From Podarcis vaucheri (Eukaryota), in the NCBI GenBank assembly GCA_965113315.1, contig OZ220366.1: a stretch of 64,000 nt of DNA; one strand, written 5' to 3'. How positions within the stretch are numbered: position 1 is the first letter of the stretch; each line of letters begins with the position of its first letter. The position numbers and the translations under genes were made by a program. The notes beneath the pieces were generated by a model, which worked only from the letters and a program-made list of their open reading frames with translations, was not told the DNA's origin and did not search any database. This document shows positions 27,440 to 37,987 of the stretch, one piece after another.

Positions 27440-28133
27440 GATAGTGAAGGCATTTTTGCTGCCTCCATTGCATCCTCATTAGGTCATCTGGCATAGCTTT
27501 TCTGGTTTGTGCAAGGCCTCTTACAATCTGATATGAAGGAGGTGGTGGAACCAAAGGTAGCTCACTGTGAATTCTTTGCAAAGCATTTTGAGGACAAAAT
27601 CGCTTGCCTCCACCAGGAACTTGACTCTGCTGTTATAGCAGATGAATCTCAAGGGGGATCCAGAGCACTGTCTGGTTTCTGGGCCCAGTTCAAAGTGCTG
27701 GTTTTGAGCTATAAAGTATTAAACGGCTCAGGACCACAGTACCTCAAGATCTGCATCTCTCCATATGAACTTACCTGGACCCTGCAACCATCATCCTAGG
27801 CCCTTCTTCATGTGCCACCTCCATGAGAGGTTTGGAGGGCAGCAACATGAGAATGGCCCTTTTTCACAGTGGCTCCCCATTTGTGGAATTTTTTTGCCCA
27901 GAGAGGCTCACCTGGTGCCTTCATTATACACCAATAGGTGCCAAGTGAAAATGTTTTCCAGGCCTTTGGCTGATTAACATCCTATACCCTTTTAAATCTG
28001 TTTGTGTGAGGGGTTTACTGGTTTCTTTTGTTTTTGTTTTTATTATATGTTTTGTGTTTTTATCTTGTATTTCTGAGCCGCCCTGAGATCTATGGATGAA
28101 GGAAAGTATACAAATTTAATGAATAAAAATAAA
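27440..28133 (+). mobile_element. L2 LINE with a large internal deletion
   Basis: Pre-RT motif CEFFAKHFEDKIACLHQELDS is joined to the C-terminal motif FWAQFKVLVLSYKVLNGSGPQYLK. L2-type 3' end gagccgccctgagatc...gaaggaaagtatacaaatttaatgaataaa. Confidence 0.8.
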
Positions 28134-30919
28134 TGGCAATCTGTACTAATTCAATGATTTTAATGCCATGTTTACCATGTTCATTGTCTCACTTCAAAAC
28201 ATAGTAAGCTAGCTCTATAGTATATGGGGGCTGAGGTTGAATGGAGCTGGATTCTAGAGGGCTACAGGTCCCCCACTCCTGAGTTAAGGGATCAAACATA
28301 AATGCTTTTCTCAATTTTATTTTAGAAAATTCTTCCTGTTAATCTTTCCATGGCGGTTTCCCTCACCCTCTCTTCCAGCAAAGCTATAACTACAGACCTG
28401 CAATCAAAATAAATAAATAACGATAGACTAAATATTTCACAGCAACAGTGATCAGAAAATAAGGGAAACCAAGAGGGGTTAGAGAGAGCACAAGCGCACA
28501 CTGATTGTTTTCTGACTTGCATGGAATTTCAAATGAGCCCTTGACAGTCTTCTTTGATACTGCCTTCTATAGCAGTGATGAAGAGCCACCAGCTTCTTTC
28601 TAGTTACCCCCATGGCTTAATGAAGAGGAGAGGCAGAAATTGCATACTGCCATGCAGAATGACCTTGTCTGATAAGTCTGTTTCGCCTTCTCTGCAATAG
28701 GTGGCAAGGGCACGCAGGATACAGCAGCCTGTTTTTCCTGCACCTTAATGAGAAAAATTGACCTGTTTGTCCACCAGCTGCCTTCTTTTGTTTCAAATGC
28801 AAGTCATTTCTGGAGGATCCTTGTTCTGTGCTTCAGCTTAGAAATCAAGCAGAATCCCCTGTAGAATGGCTTGTGGCTGGCAACATATTTCTGCTCTGCA
28901 CAAGTGGCAGGGAAATGGGCCTTCAAACTGGCACATGAATAGCATAGCATGACACAATGCCCCACTATTAGTTTGGATAATGTTGAGGATGGAATTGAGC
29001 CAGTTCAGAAGATATAGCAGAAGTAGGGCACGTGGAGAAGATGAATGCAACAAGTTTGGACGATAGCAGCCAGTTTAGGTGATTGTGGCTGGACACATGG
29101 TCAAAGGTAAAATCACAGAAGAAGTTACTGGATCAAAGCTGAGTTAGAAGTCCATAAGGACAAGACAAATGGTTTGCAGGTAGGTAATTGAACACTACTT
29201 TGTCACTTACAAGGGAAATAAGCAACAGGTTCTGAGGGAGATATGCCTCGCTTTCTGGAAGCAGTCTAGAAGCGAATTCAGAAAGGTCCCTTCATAATAA
29301 TCAAAGCCACACACCCTCACAGCCATGCCCCCTTCTAAGTTTATATAACCTTCTAAAATTATTATTGTTGTATAATTATGAGATTATTGGATAATCAGAG
29401 ACGAGTTTCAATAATTAATGTGGATCTCTGTGTGTTTCCTTTCAGATAGACCTCCTGTTTTCTGTGCATTTACATGGGCAAATGATTTGGACTCTTCAAG
29501 TATCTTCTTTCAGAGTGACTTGTGCTGTGTTTTCCTTGAGGTTCCAGTGTATGCTACAGAACACACACACCATTCTCTTGAAACTGAAGCACCCTGTGTT
29601 TTTGGTGTTCCTAAATGCTTAGATATGGCGCATGCAGGACAACTCCTTTCCAGGGTTTTCCCCACATGCTTTCTCCAGAGTGGCAGTGGGAGTCCATTCT
29701 CAGTAGTTGATTCACCTTTTATTCTGATTGGCTTTGATCAACACACATGATGTGAAGTCTTATTCTCAGTGGCTAAAATGCTCCCCTTTTGTGCTGATTG
29801 GGCAGCTCTAGGAAGCTGGAGACCCTGCTTCAGAAATAGTAGTTTCAGGCTTTCTACCCAATGGCATGTAGGAAATTCTATATGCCAAAGCCAAAATATT
29901 TCCGAACATCATTAGAGGGGAAAGGCAACCATCTTCTTGCTGCTACTTATTTAAAACAAATGGCAATGTTGTTTAAAGTTGCTTCACGTCAAACTGGAAA
30001 TTGACTGCAGAGCATTCAATATGAGGGACTGCTTCATTATTAAAAGGGCTTCATGCAAATTTAAAATTTCCATAAAATCTTTCTAGTGTTCGTAGGTATA
30101 CCCACATGGAAAAGTGTTGAGTGTGAATTTGCATATTGCAGATTATCGCAAAATGAGAGTGGGGCAATCAACGATTATATTAAAACTCTGCTACGCCTGC
30201 AGATTTGATATTGTCCTGTGGCTTCATTAAAGGGAAGGTAGCAGATAAAAAAGATGTTATGGTTTCCATCTGGCCTCGTATACAGCCATAATAGTCTTCC
30301 TAATGAAGGAAATAAAAGGAAAACAAAATCCTGCCCGCAATCTACTTCATTCACTAATATGAAAATGTCTCATTAAACAAATGGCTACCAAGTACAAGTG
30401 TTTCATGACCTCTAGCAAATTAATGTTAAAATAAAAAAGCACGTGAAACTGTTTTGAGGTTTGCACCGCTGTTAACATGTCCTGTTAATAGGAGTGCTGG
30501 AAATGTTAGTTTTGCAGTTAAAAATTAAGGACTTGCTTCCAGTAAACAATGCAAGGCTCATTACTTACTTAGTATCTTGTCAGCAACATTAGGGGTGGGT
30601 AACTCATTTAGCACTGAATTCTGCCTTCAAATTATAATGCAAGCTGAAGAACCGAATGAAATGTTCATATGTTTCATTTACATGCATTTTGTATAGATTT
30701 ATAGAAACCTGGCAGGCATCAACCAAAGGCTATGGCAGGTGGCAGACATTAGAGTCCATTCACTACAATTCTGTCTATGCTATTTATGTTCACCTAGTAT
30801 TAATGCATACACAATATATATGACTGGTTGTAGTGTAGTCTAAGCATATTAATATTCAGAATGAGGTCCCATTGCTTACTTTTTCATATTGAAAGAGGAA
30901 TAGGCAAATTCATAGAAGA

Positions 30920-31110
30920 TAGTGGTATGTTCTTCCTCCATTTCTGAAGGCACTGTGCATGTGCTACTAGTTTTTGGAAATCACAGTCGGGGAGACAACA
31001 TTTGGGCTTTCCAAAGGCATCTGACTGGCCATTGTGATAACAAGATGTTGGACTGGATCGGGCCTTTGGCCCGATCCAGCAGGCCTTTTCTTGTGATCAT
31101 TTATTGGTCC
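30920..31110 (+). mobile_element. CR1-type 3' UTR fragment
   Basis: ggcatctgactggccattgtg...gatgttggactggatcgggcctttggcccgatccagcagg terminal hairpin. Confidence 0.7.
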
Positions 31111-31335
31111 CTAGTAACCTTCAGTCCTAACATGCCATTTGTCCATTGTTCACAAACACTTACTAAACTAAGAGTTGCATGATGGTAGTTATCTAAAAGG
31201 ATTAAGAGCCCATCATCCTTACCTGAAAATGTAAATCCCATGGAACCCAATTGGACTTATTTCTGAGAAAAGATGCTTAGGATCCTTCTGACAGCACATT
31301 AAATTCAGTGGAATATGTTAGTCCTAACTAACTTA

Positions 31336-31562
31336 GGAGTTCGAAAGCACATCAAAGTGCAAGTAGATAAATAGGTTCCACTCTGGTGGGAAGGTAAATG
31401 GCATTTCTGTGTGCTGCTCTGGTTCGCCAGAAGCGGCTTAGTCATGCTGGCCACATGACCCGGAAGCTGTATGCCGGCTCCCTCAGCCAATAAAGCAAGA
31501 TGAGCGCTGCAACCCCAGAGTCGGCCACGACTGGACCTAATGGTCAGGGGTCCCTTTACCTT
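31336..31562 (+). mobile_element. 5'-truncated Sauria SINE
   Basis: Body tcgaaagcacatcaaagtgcaagtagataaatagg...gtcatgctggccacatgacccggaagctgt with an ACCTTT-type tail. Perfect 11-bp TSD taactaactta (31325-31335 / 31563-31573). Confidence 0.92.
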
Positions 31563-31650
31563 TAACTAACTTAAATCCTATTGGCTTCAATGGGACTTAC
31601 CTGTAAATAACTTCAGCTGGATTGGCGGCAATGGTTTATGATATTAGTAG

Positions 31651-31979
31651 AGCATATTCTCTTTCATTGTCCATTGTACAGTACGCTCCGTCAACGCGTG
31701 CTGTCCCCTCTTCTGGGTGGCCTGGAACCCCAACAAGGTGAATGTGTGGGATTCTGCCTATCCGACGTTGACCAAAGGGTAACGGCGGGGGTAGCTGAGT
31801 TTTTGGTAGCAGCCCTCCAAGGAGCAGGTTAACAAGGAAAATCACTGACTCTATATGTGTATATATATATATGTTTGTAGCCAACCGCTGCCTTCTTACA
31901 TATACTTCAAGTCACTTATATGTTACTTTTTCTTTTATGGTTTTATCTGTACAATGCCTAATAAAGGTTTGATTTCAAC
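31651..31979 (+). mobile_element. Short 3' end of a non-LTR retrotransposon (zinc-knuckle terminus plus UTR), clade unassigned
   Basis: Peptide EHILFHCPLYSTLR (H-x4-C half of a CCHC motif). AATAAA near the end. Perfect 11-bp TSD gatattagtag (31640-31650 / 31980-31990). Confidence 0.85.
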
Positions 31980-32097
31980 GATATTAGTAGTTTTAAACCT
32001 CTTCATTATCAAGTACTAACTTTCATTTACTTATATCTAAAAAAAAAAAGATCAATTGAACTCAGTAGGATTTACTTCCAAGCAACTACATTGATAA

Positions 32098-32105
32098 ATA
32101 TAATA

Positions 32106-32153
<48 letters not shown>

Positions 32154-32215
32154 GGTGGTACAGTTCAACAGAAATGACAATTCCAAGATTATATATTAAT
32201 ATATATATATATATA

Positions 32216-32272
<57 letters not shown>
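32098..32272. repeat. (TAA)n (32100-32153) and (TA)n (32190-32270) microsatellites
   Basis: Direct reading. Confidence 0.95.
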
Positions 32273-32275
<3 letters not shown>

Positions 32276-32458
32276 TGTGAGCAAGTCTGTTAGTCTGTTC
32301 TGTGAAAGCTTATGCCAAACAGAGCATGGTCACCTGACTTTGCCCACTAGTTTTCAATGCAACTGTTTTACACCAACCCAACTGTCCTACACCAAGAGCA
32401 GGACTAAAACAAACTCTCCTGAACTAAAGAGTGATTTAATACTCTGTTGACCCTACAC

Positions 32459-32593
32459 TAGGCATAGGCAAAGTCGGCCCTCCAGATGTTTTGGGACTAC
32501 AACTCCCATCATCCCTAGCTAACAGGACAAGTGGTAAGGGATGATGGGAGCTGTAGTCCCAAACATCTGGAGGGCTGAGTTTGCCTATGCCTG
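32459..32593. mobile_element. Palindromic hAT-type MITE, 135 bp
   Basis: TIRs taggcataggcaaa / tttgcctatgcctg, near-complete internal symmetry and a perfect 8-bp TSD ccctacac. Confidence 0.93.
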
Positions 32594-32647
32594 CCCTACA
32601 CCTATTAACAAAATCAAAATGATTACTCGAGTGAATGTAGCCTAATG

Positions 32648-32818
32648 CTTAGAGCAGAAGACTAGAAATGAGAGACCTGGGTTTCAATCCACACTCACCC
32701 ACTCTTGCGCCGTAACTTCACAAACCCATTGTGACCCCCCCCCCCCGGAATGGGCAGTAGGGGAGTGGTGTACATTACTTGGGGCTCCTTGAAGAAAAGG
32801 CTGGATATAAATACTTAT
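32648..32818 (+). mobile_element. Degraded MIR-like tRNA-derived SINE
   Basis: gagacctgggtttcaatcc B-box-like head and ctccttgaagaaaaggctggatataaat tail. Confidence 0.5.
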
Positions 32819-34218
32819 TTATAACTAGCACATCCTGAGGGAAATAAATGCGTTTGGGAATCCTTTAGAATATCTTAAATATACAGTTGCAGCACTGAAA
32901 AGCTGAAATACACACACATGGTTTTCTCTCACCAATCTTGATGCACTATTTTTTTATATTTTTTATGTTTGCATCTCTTTTCCAAAACAAGATGTAAATC
33001 AGACCATATACAAAGAAGAGGAAGGGGAATAAAACCCCAGAAATTTCAATGATTTCAACTTGGCTCCAAAGAGCTTCTCTGTTCCTACTGAGACTTTACA
33101 CAAGATGCTGTTTTCTATCTAAAGGAAGACATTTCATTTTTCTTGTTTTGTTTTTTTCTTACTAAACTATTGATGAACAGGCTGTTTTCTAAGTAAATTC
33201 ATAAGAAATGGAAGACAGAGCTCGAGGAGGTAATTACAAAAGCATGACAAGGGACAGAAATCTGCCTGCCTCTCCTGCTGCAATTATTTCTTTATTGGAA
33301 ACTAGAGGCTTTGCATTGGCTGTTTCCCCCCTGTGCTTCCCAGTGAATTATTTGGAAAAAGAGCAAAATATTGGAAATTATAAGAGCTGAGACAGGAAAA
33401 AACCCCAACTCGATTTTTTGGTTTTTGGCAGAATAAATCTTTCCCTATGATTGCCAACATCGGCCGGGGAGGTGGGGGGGCAGACTTTGGTAACCTTACT
33501 GTGATTTCTTGACAAGATAATATTCTTTCTATGCATTTACACACTTTAGCTTGGAGAATCAGGGGAGATAGGTGTTTGGAACATGAACTGCAATAGACAC
33601 CAAAATGGCAGTGGCTCCCGTGCTTGCATCCAGAAAGCAGTAAAATCCTCTAACATCCGAGAATCTCCCCCTCGGGCAAAGCTTGAACAGTAAACATTTA
33701 ACAAACGCAACTCCCATCTTGTCTTTCCTCTCCCCGTGTGTCATCTGTTTCATTTTATTGTTTGTTTCAGTTGTTGTTTTTACACAGCACTAGTCAAGAA
33801 CTGTGGGCTAATCAAACTATCAACCTTCTGGGTATAAACTGGATCACTGCAGGGATCCATAAGGGAGAGGTTTTGCTTTGTATTTCAATGCATTGGTAGG
33901 GAGTTCATGATAGGTTGTTGTTGTTGTTTTTTTTTTTTTTGGTGTCTGTGTGTGTGTTTTAATCACAGCCGCCTCTGTTATCTTCTTCTACATGTGGGAA
34001 TAGCAGCAGCTGGCAGGATACAGCAGCTGGCAAGTTAGGTACTCAAGGATCAAAAGAACCAGAGCCCCTGAGGAAAAGAGTTGATCCGCCTGCCTGAAGT
34101 TCAAGATGATGGCCACAACTGGAAAAAAGAAGAAGAAAGGATATAGACTCCCACCCCCCACATACAAAACAGTGGGATGGGTGATAAGAGGCATTTTTGC
34201 TTCTTGTGGGATTTTGCT

Positions 34219-34387
34219 TATGGGTGTAGCGTGGGTTGTCAGCACCCGGGGCAAGGCAAGTAATTTGCGCCCCCTAACCCGTGGATTTGCACCCCCTAAC
34301 CCGTGGATTTGCGCCCCCTAACCCTAACCCCCAGATGTTGCGCCCGGTGCGGCCGGCCCCCCCTGCACCCCCCACGCTACGCCACTG
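34219..34387. mobile_element. GC-rich MITE (CAGTGGCGTAGC-type TIR) with an internal 22-bp tandem repeat
   Basis: Right end cccacgctacgccactg mirrors the left gtagcgtggg. Left terminus damaged and no TSD found. About three copies of atttgcgccccctaacccgtgg. Confidence 0.7.
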
Positions 34388-34450
34388 GGGCTGAGATGGA
34401 CTACTTTACCATTGTATATGGGAGTTGGCTCTTGCCACCTAGGTAATGTT

Positions 34451-34784
34451 GAAGAAGAAGTAGAAGTAGAAGTAGAAGTAGTAGTAGTAGTAGAAGAAGA
34501 AGAAGAAGAAGAAGAAGAAGAAGAAGAAGAAGAAGAGGAGGAGGAGGAGTTTGGATTTGATATCCCGCCTTTCACTCTCTTTAAGGAGTCTCAAAGCGGC
34601 TAACATTCTCCTTTCCCTTCCTCCCCCACAACAAACACTCTGTGAGGTGAGTGGGGCTGAGAGACTTCAAAGAAGCGTGACTGGCCCAAGGTCACCCAGC
34701 AGCTGCATGTGGAGGAGCGGAGACGCGAACCCGGTTCCCCAGATTACGAGACTACCGCTCTTAACCACTACACCACACTGGCTC
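34451..34784 (-). mobile_element. Full-length Squam3-like SINE with an expanded compound trinucleotide tail
   Basis: Minus strand begins gagccagtgtggtgtagtggttaagagcggt...ggttcgcgtctcc (tRNA head) and ends gatatcaaatccaaactc followed by (CTC)(CTT)(CTA) repeats. Many CpGs are intact. Confidence 0.92.
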
Positions 34785-35919
34785 TTGGACAGGCCTGAAT
34801 AACGGTGGTCACAACAACCTCTCTGGTACCCTGCCGCCTCTTTGAGGGTGAATTGTACAGTGAGGAAGGGAGCCTGTGGCATTCTTTGCAAGACCACAAC
34901 TCTCAGAATATTCTTAGCCTCCTCTTACACCAGAAGAGAGGACTTAGAGCTACCCTTAGTGCCTGCTCATCATAGCATAGCAGCTGCTTCTTCCCTTATG
35001 GCTGCATTCTACACATACATCAGTCTTCCCCCAATCTTCCTTGGAGATCTCTTTTTGAGCCTCCCTTGGCTCTATCCTTGGTCCTCTCTCATTCTCTGCG
35101 GTTTTATAAAGGACTCCTCCTGTGACGCTTTTCTTCCATCCCGCCCTCCTGCAGGGCACCTGAGCTTGATTCCATTTAGGGTTCATGAGTAGGAAAGCAA
35201 ATAGGCTCAGCGTCCCCTTCACTTTCAGCACAGCTCACTAAAGTTTTCAGGAGGAAAGGTATACACTTGGGGCCCCATATAACTTACCCTTTTGATGTTG
35301 TTGCTGCTGCTGCTTCTGCTGTTGCTGTTAAGATTTCTTCACTGTGAGGTGCCAGGGTAGTTTACAGCCATTTTAAAATGCAATGTTAAACTCAGCCAAA
35401 GTATTATTGGTATGATAGAACCATACCAGCAGGGAAGCCAATGATGGGTTCCAAACTTCTGGGAGTATCATGTGGGCATCATAAGAGCTCTGCAGAATTC
35501 AGAAGGGTCAGAGTATGTACATCCACACAAATGAGCTTAGGAGGTCCAATAGTGCCACATACCAGAGATCTTGAAACGAAGTTCCAGGTGTTTTTCCCTT
35601 GGCCATCCCACAAGAAAAGTAAATGTGTGCATAATCCATGGAGGCTATCCATTACTGGAAGAGTTGCAAGTCATTGTTGACCAACTGCCTTACTGAATTC
35701 CATGTTGTCTTTCCATCAGTTGAAATTTAGATTGACAACACCTCAGGGCAGACCTCATGCTGCTCTTTAAAGTGCCATCCGCATTGATGGCAGTGACAGG
35801 CAAACTCCCCTCAGTTCATTTGGACAGTTCATTTTGGTACTCAGTGAGCATTCGTAAACAAACAAACAAACAAACCACATTTGTTTTCCAAGAGAGTTTT
35901 CTCCATGCTTGTAATGTTG

Positions 35920-36100
35920 GGGAGAGGCCACAGCTCAGCAATGGAATACATGCTTTGCATACAGAAGGCCCAGGTCCAATCCTTGCCATCTCCAGCTATG
36001 GTAAATAATTAGAAAGGCCCTCAGCTTGAATGCTGGAGAGCCACTTTCAGTCTGATAGACAGCACTGGACTAGTGGTGTGATCAATTATAGCTTCTTGTG
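35920..36100 (+). mobile_element. Degraded tRNA-derived SINE (Squam2-like)
   Basis: ggggagaggccacagctcag...tgctttgcatacagaaggcccaggtccaatccttgccatctccag. Confidence 0.65.
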
Positions 36101-36567
36101 TACTGCATGAATTAACGTATTGCCTCCCTGGGAATTGCAGCTTGATTTCACCAGCTCTGAATCCACTCCTTAACACCAACTGTTACGGAGACCCACTTGG
36201 AAATTTAGGTGCTTCCTCTCCCTAGCTAACACTTCCAGGGACATAAGAAGGTTTTAGAGATGGAGTACGAATCAATAGTTATGCAAAGCATTTGCAAGGA
36301 TCAAATAAAATTCATTGACCCAAACTGAGATGACTCTCACCAGACAAAAGACTGCTTGCTCAAGTAGTCCGATCATGTAGTCCATGGCAACCAATAAAGT
36401 TTCACAGAGAATAATATGTTAACTTAGGTTCATGCATTTCCTAGGGCAACTGACATGTTGAATTCTGACCATACATCTATGCATAAATAATATCATTGAT
36501 GTTACTGTGTAGAACACCTTCAATTGGGCGGAACCATAATTTGGGTAAGGATCCCTCATAATGCCAT

Positions 36568-37136
36568 TGTGCTGGTCCAGGGGGGGAGGTTACCGTGGGG
36601 CGAGGTCCAGGACCTGAGTCGAGGGTTGGCAGATAGTCCTCCACGGGCGAAGCGGGGTCCACAGCAAGGAGCCGGGCAAGGACAGGAACTCTGGGGGAAC
36701 CGGACTGGGTGCTGACCGAAACAACTCTTCAACGACGTTGCTCCTGCAACCTGGGACTGGGCTGATTGGCCTTTATCTTCTCTGAGGCCAGGGGTGGTCC
36801 TGGCCCCCAGGAGACCCGCCTCTCCTGGCCTTAAGGCGAGCACTCCTCCTGGGAGAAACCAGTTCCCTCCACCTCTCTGCCCTGAGCCTCTGCAGTTCAG
36901 GAGAGGCTGAAGGGTTACTGGACCCAGGGGGAGACTCACCTGTAGGCACTGAGTCCTCAACTACCTCCGGAGCCAGAGTGGATTCACCTGGTGCCTGCTC
37001 CTGAGGATCCGTCACAGGTGCAGGTGCTTCAGAATCAAGGCCCTGCCCCAGTTCAGCCGGCCCTGGAGGTGGGGACTCCTGTGCAGGCTGGGATTCCTCC
37101 GGTTCAGCCTCTGAATCGGATTCCCAGGCCATCACA
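36568..37136 (-). mobile_element. Solo LTR (Gypsy-like), 569 bp
   Basis: Termini tgtgctgg ... ccatcaca (TG...CA, imperfect inverted repeat). Perfect 5-bp TSD gccat (36563-36567 / 37137-37141). Orientation is inferred from the internal ORF. Confidence 0.88.
36773..37132 (-). CDS. LTR-internal ORF, 119 aa, acidic/Pro-rich with a basic SPRRSARL C-terminus; coding status unproven
   Basis: ATG at LTR base 5 (MAWESDSEAEPEES...). Open to the TAA at 36773 and entirely within the LTR. Confidence 0.4.
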   Translation of the reverse strand: MAWESDSEAEPEESQPAQESPPPGPAELGQGLDSEAPAPVTDPQEQAPGESTLAPEVVEDSVPTGESPPGSSNPSASPELQRLRAERWRELVSPRRSARLKARRGGSPGGQDHPWPQRR

Positions 37137-37192
37137 GCCATTGACCTCTGCATACACAGAAAAGTATGCTCTAGCTCAATGTGCAGCACATG

Positions 37193-37557
37193 CTCTGCCC
37201 TTCCCCCACTTCCCGCAAAAGCCAGGGATAGCCGTGCTCCCTTTAAAGAGCGCACGGCTCTTGTGGGAGGTGGGGGAAGGGACAGAGTGAGGCTCTCTCA
37301 CTTCCCCCACCTCCCGCAAAAGCCCCCAAGAGCTGCACTCCCTTTCAAGAGCCGCCCTGCAGTAAGTGCCAGCCCCTGTGGTGTGGCACCCAGTGCCAGC
37401 CAAATTTCATTATGTTTGTTGATTGAACTAATAAGTTTTGTGAGCCCATTTTTTAAATTTCTTTTTTAAAGCTCATATTTTTGTCGTTTTGTCACTCCCC
37501 TCAGTGATGACACCTGGGGCAGTCCGCACCCCCTGTACCCCCCTTCCTCTGTCACTG
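37193..37557. mobile_element. GC-rich DNA-transposon-like fragment with an internal palindrome
   Basis: Right end gatgacacctggggcagtccgcaccccc...ccttcctctgtcactg is the reverse-complement homologue of the left end of the hAT MITE at 56551. Palindrome centred on ctttaaag (37241-37248). Confidence 0.5.
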
Positions 37558-37564
37558 CTCAGTG

Positions 37565-37746
37565 GTTTAGACCACAGCACCACCCAGATGAAAGCAGCTG
37601 AATGGGCATATATGGGGAAGGCGATCCTACAAGTAAACTGGTCCCAAGCTGCTAAGGGCTTTATATACGAATAGTAACAACTTGAATTGACCTGGTAGAA
37701 AATAGGCAACCAGTGCAGATCTCCAAGAAGAGATGTTATATGCTGC
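37565..37746 (-). mobile_element. L2 LINE ORF2 C-terminal fragment
   Basis: Minus strand reads HITSLLGDLHWLPIF then, after a frameshift, FKLLLFVYKALSSLGPVYL, the typical L2 C-terminal signature. Confidence 0.8.
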
Positions 37747-37845
37747 AGTTAGTGTTTAAATGATTGAAATGAAACCTAGAGAAACTCTTCCCTGCCGGGA
37801 AAAGTTGCATTGTTTGATATTGGTTCAGTAGTGAAATTGTTTGAA

Positions 37846-37987
37846 ACTGGAGTGGGGAAAACTGCAGCCCTCCTAAAGTTGCTGTATTCCAGTTCCCATC
37901 AATCCCAGCTCATACAACCCAGTGTTCAGGGGTGATGGGAGTTGGAGTCCCAGAACATCTGGTGGGCCACAGGTCCCTCACTCCTAG
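37846..37987. mobile_element. Palindromic hAT-type MITE, degraded
   Basis: ccctcctaaagttgctgtattccagttcccatc ... gatgggagttggagtcccagaacatctggtgggcc arms, same family as 32459-32593. Confidence 0.75.

Noticed and set aside
32459-32593. Long hairpin as a possible pre-miRNA
   Set aside because: Explained by a palindromic hAT MITE with an 8-bp TSD and several relatives in the window.
33208-33390. 60-aa ORF containing GNYKS twice
   Set aside because: Short, no recognisable domain or splice context, and the repeat is likely coincidental.
34263-34330. Short repeat array as a possible CRISPR array or true telomere remnant
   Set aside because: It is a eukaryotic tandem repeat without unique spacers, has only isolated CCCTAA units and lies inside a MITE.
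34715-34784. tRNA-like sequence (also at 25350-25418, 11700-11754 and 35920-35990)
   Set aside because: These are SINE heads followed by SINE bodies and tails, not tRNA genes.
34324-34802. Poly-Ser and poly-Glu ORFs (similar ones at 25020-25317)
   Set aside because: They are translations of SINE trinucleotide tails.
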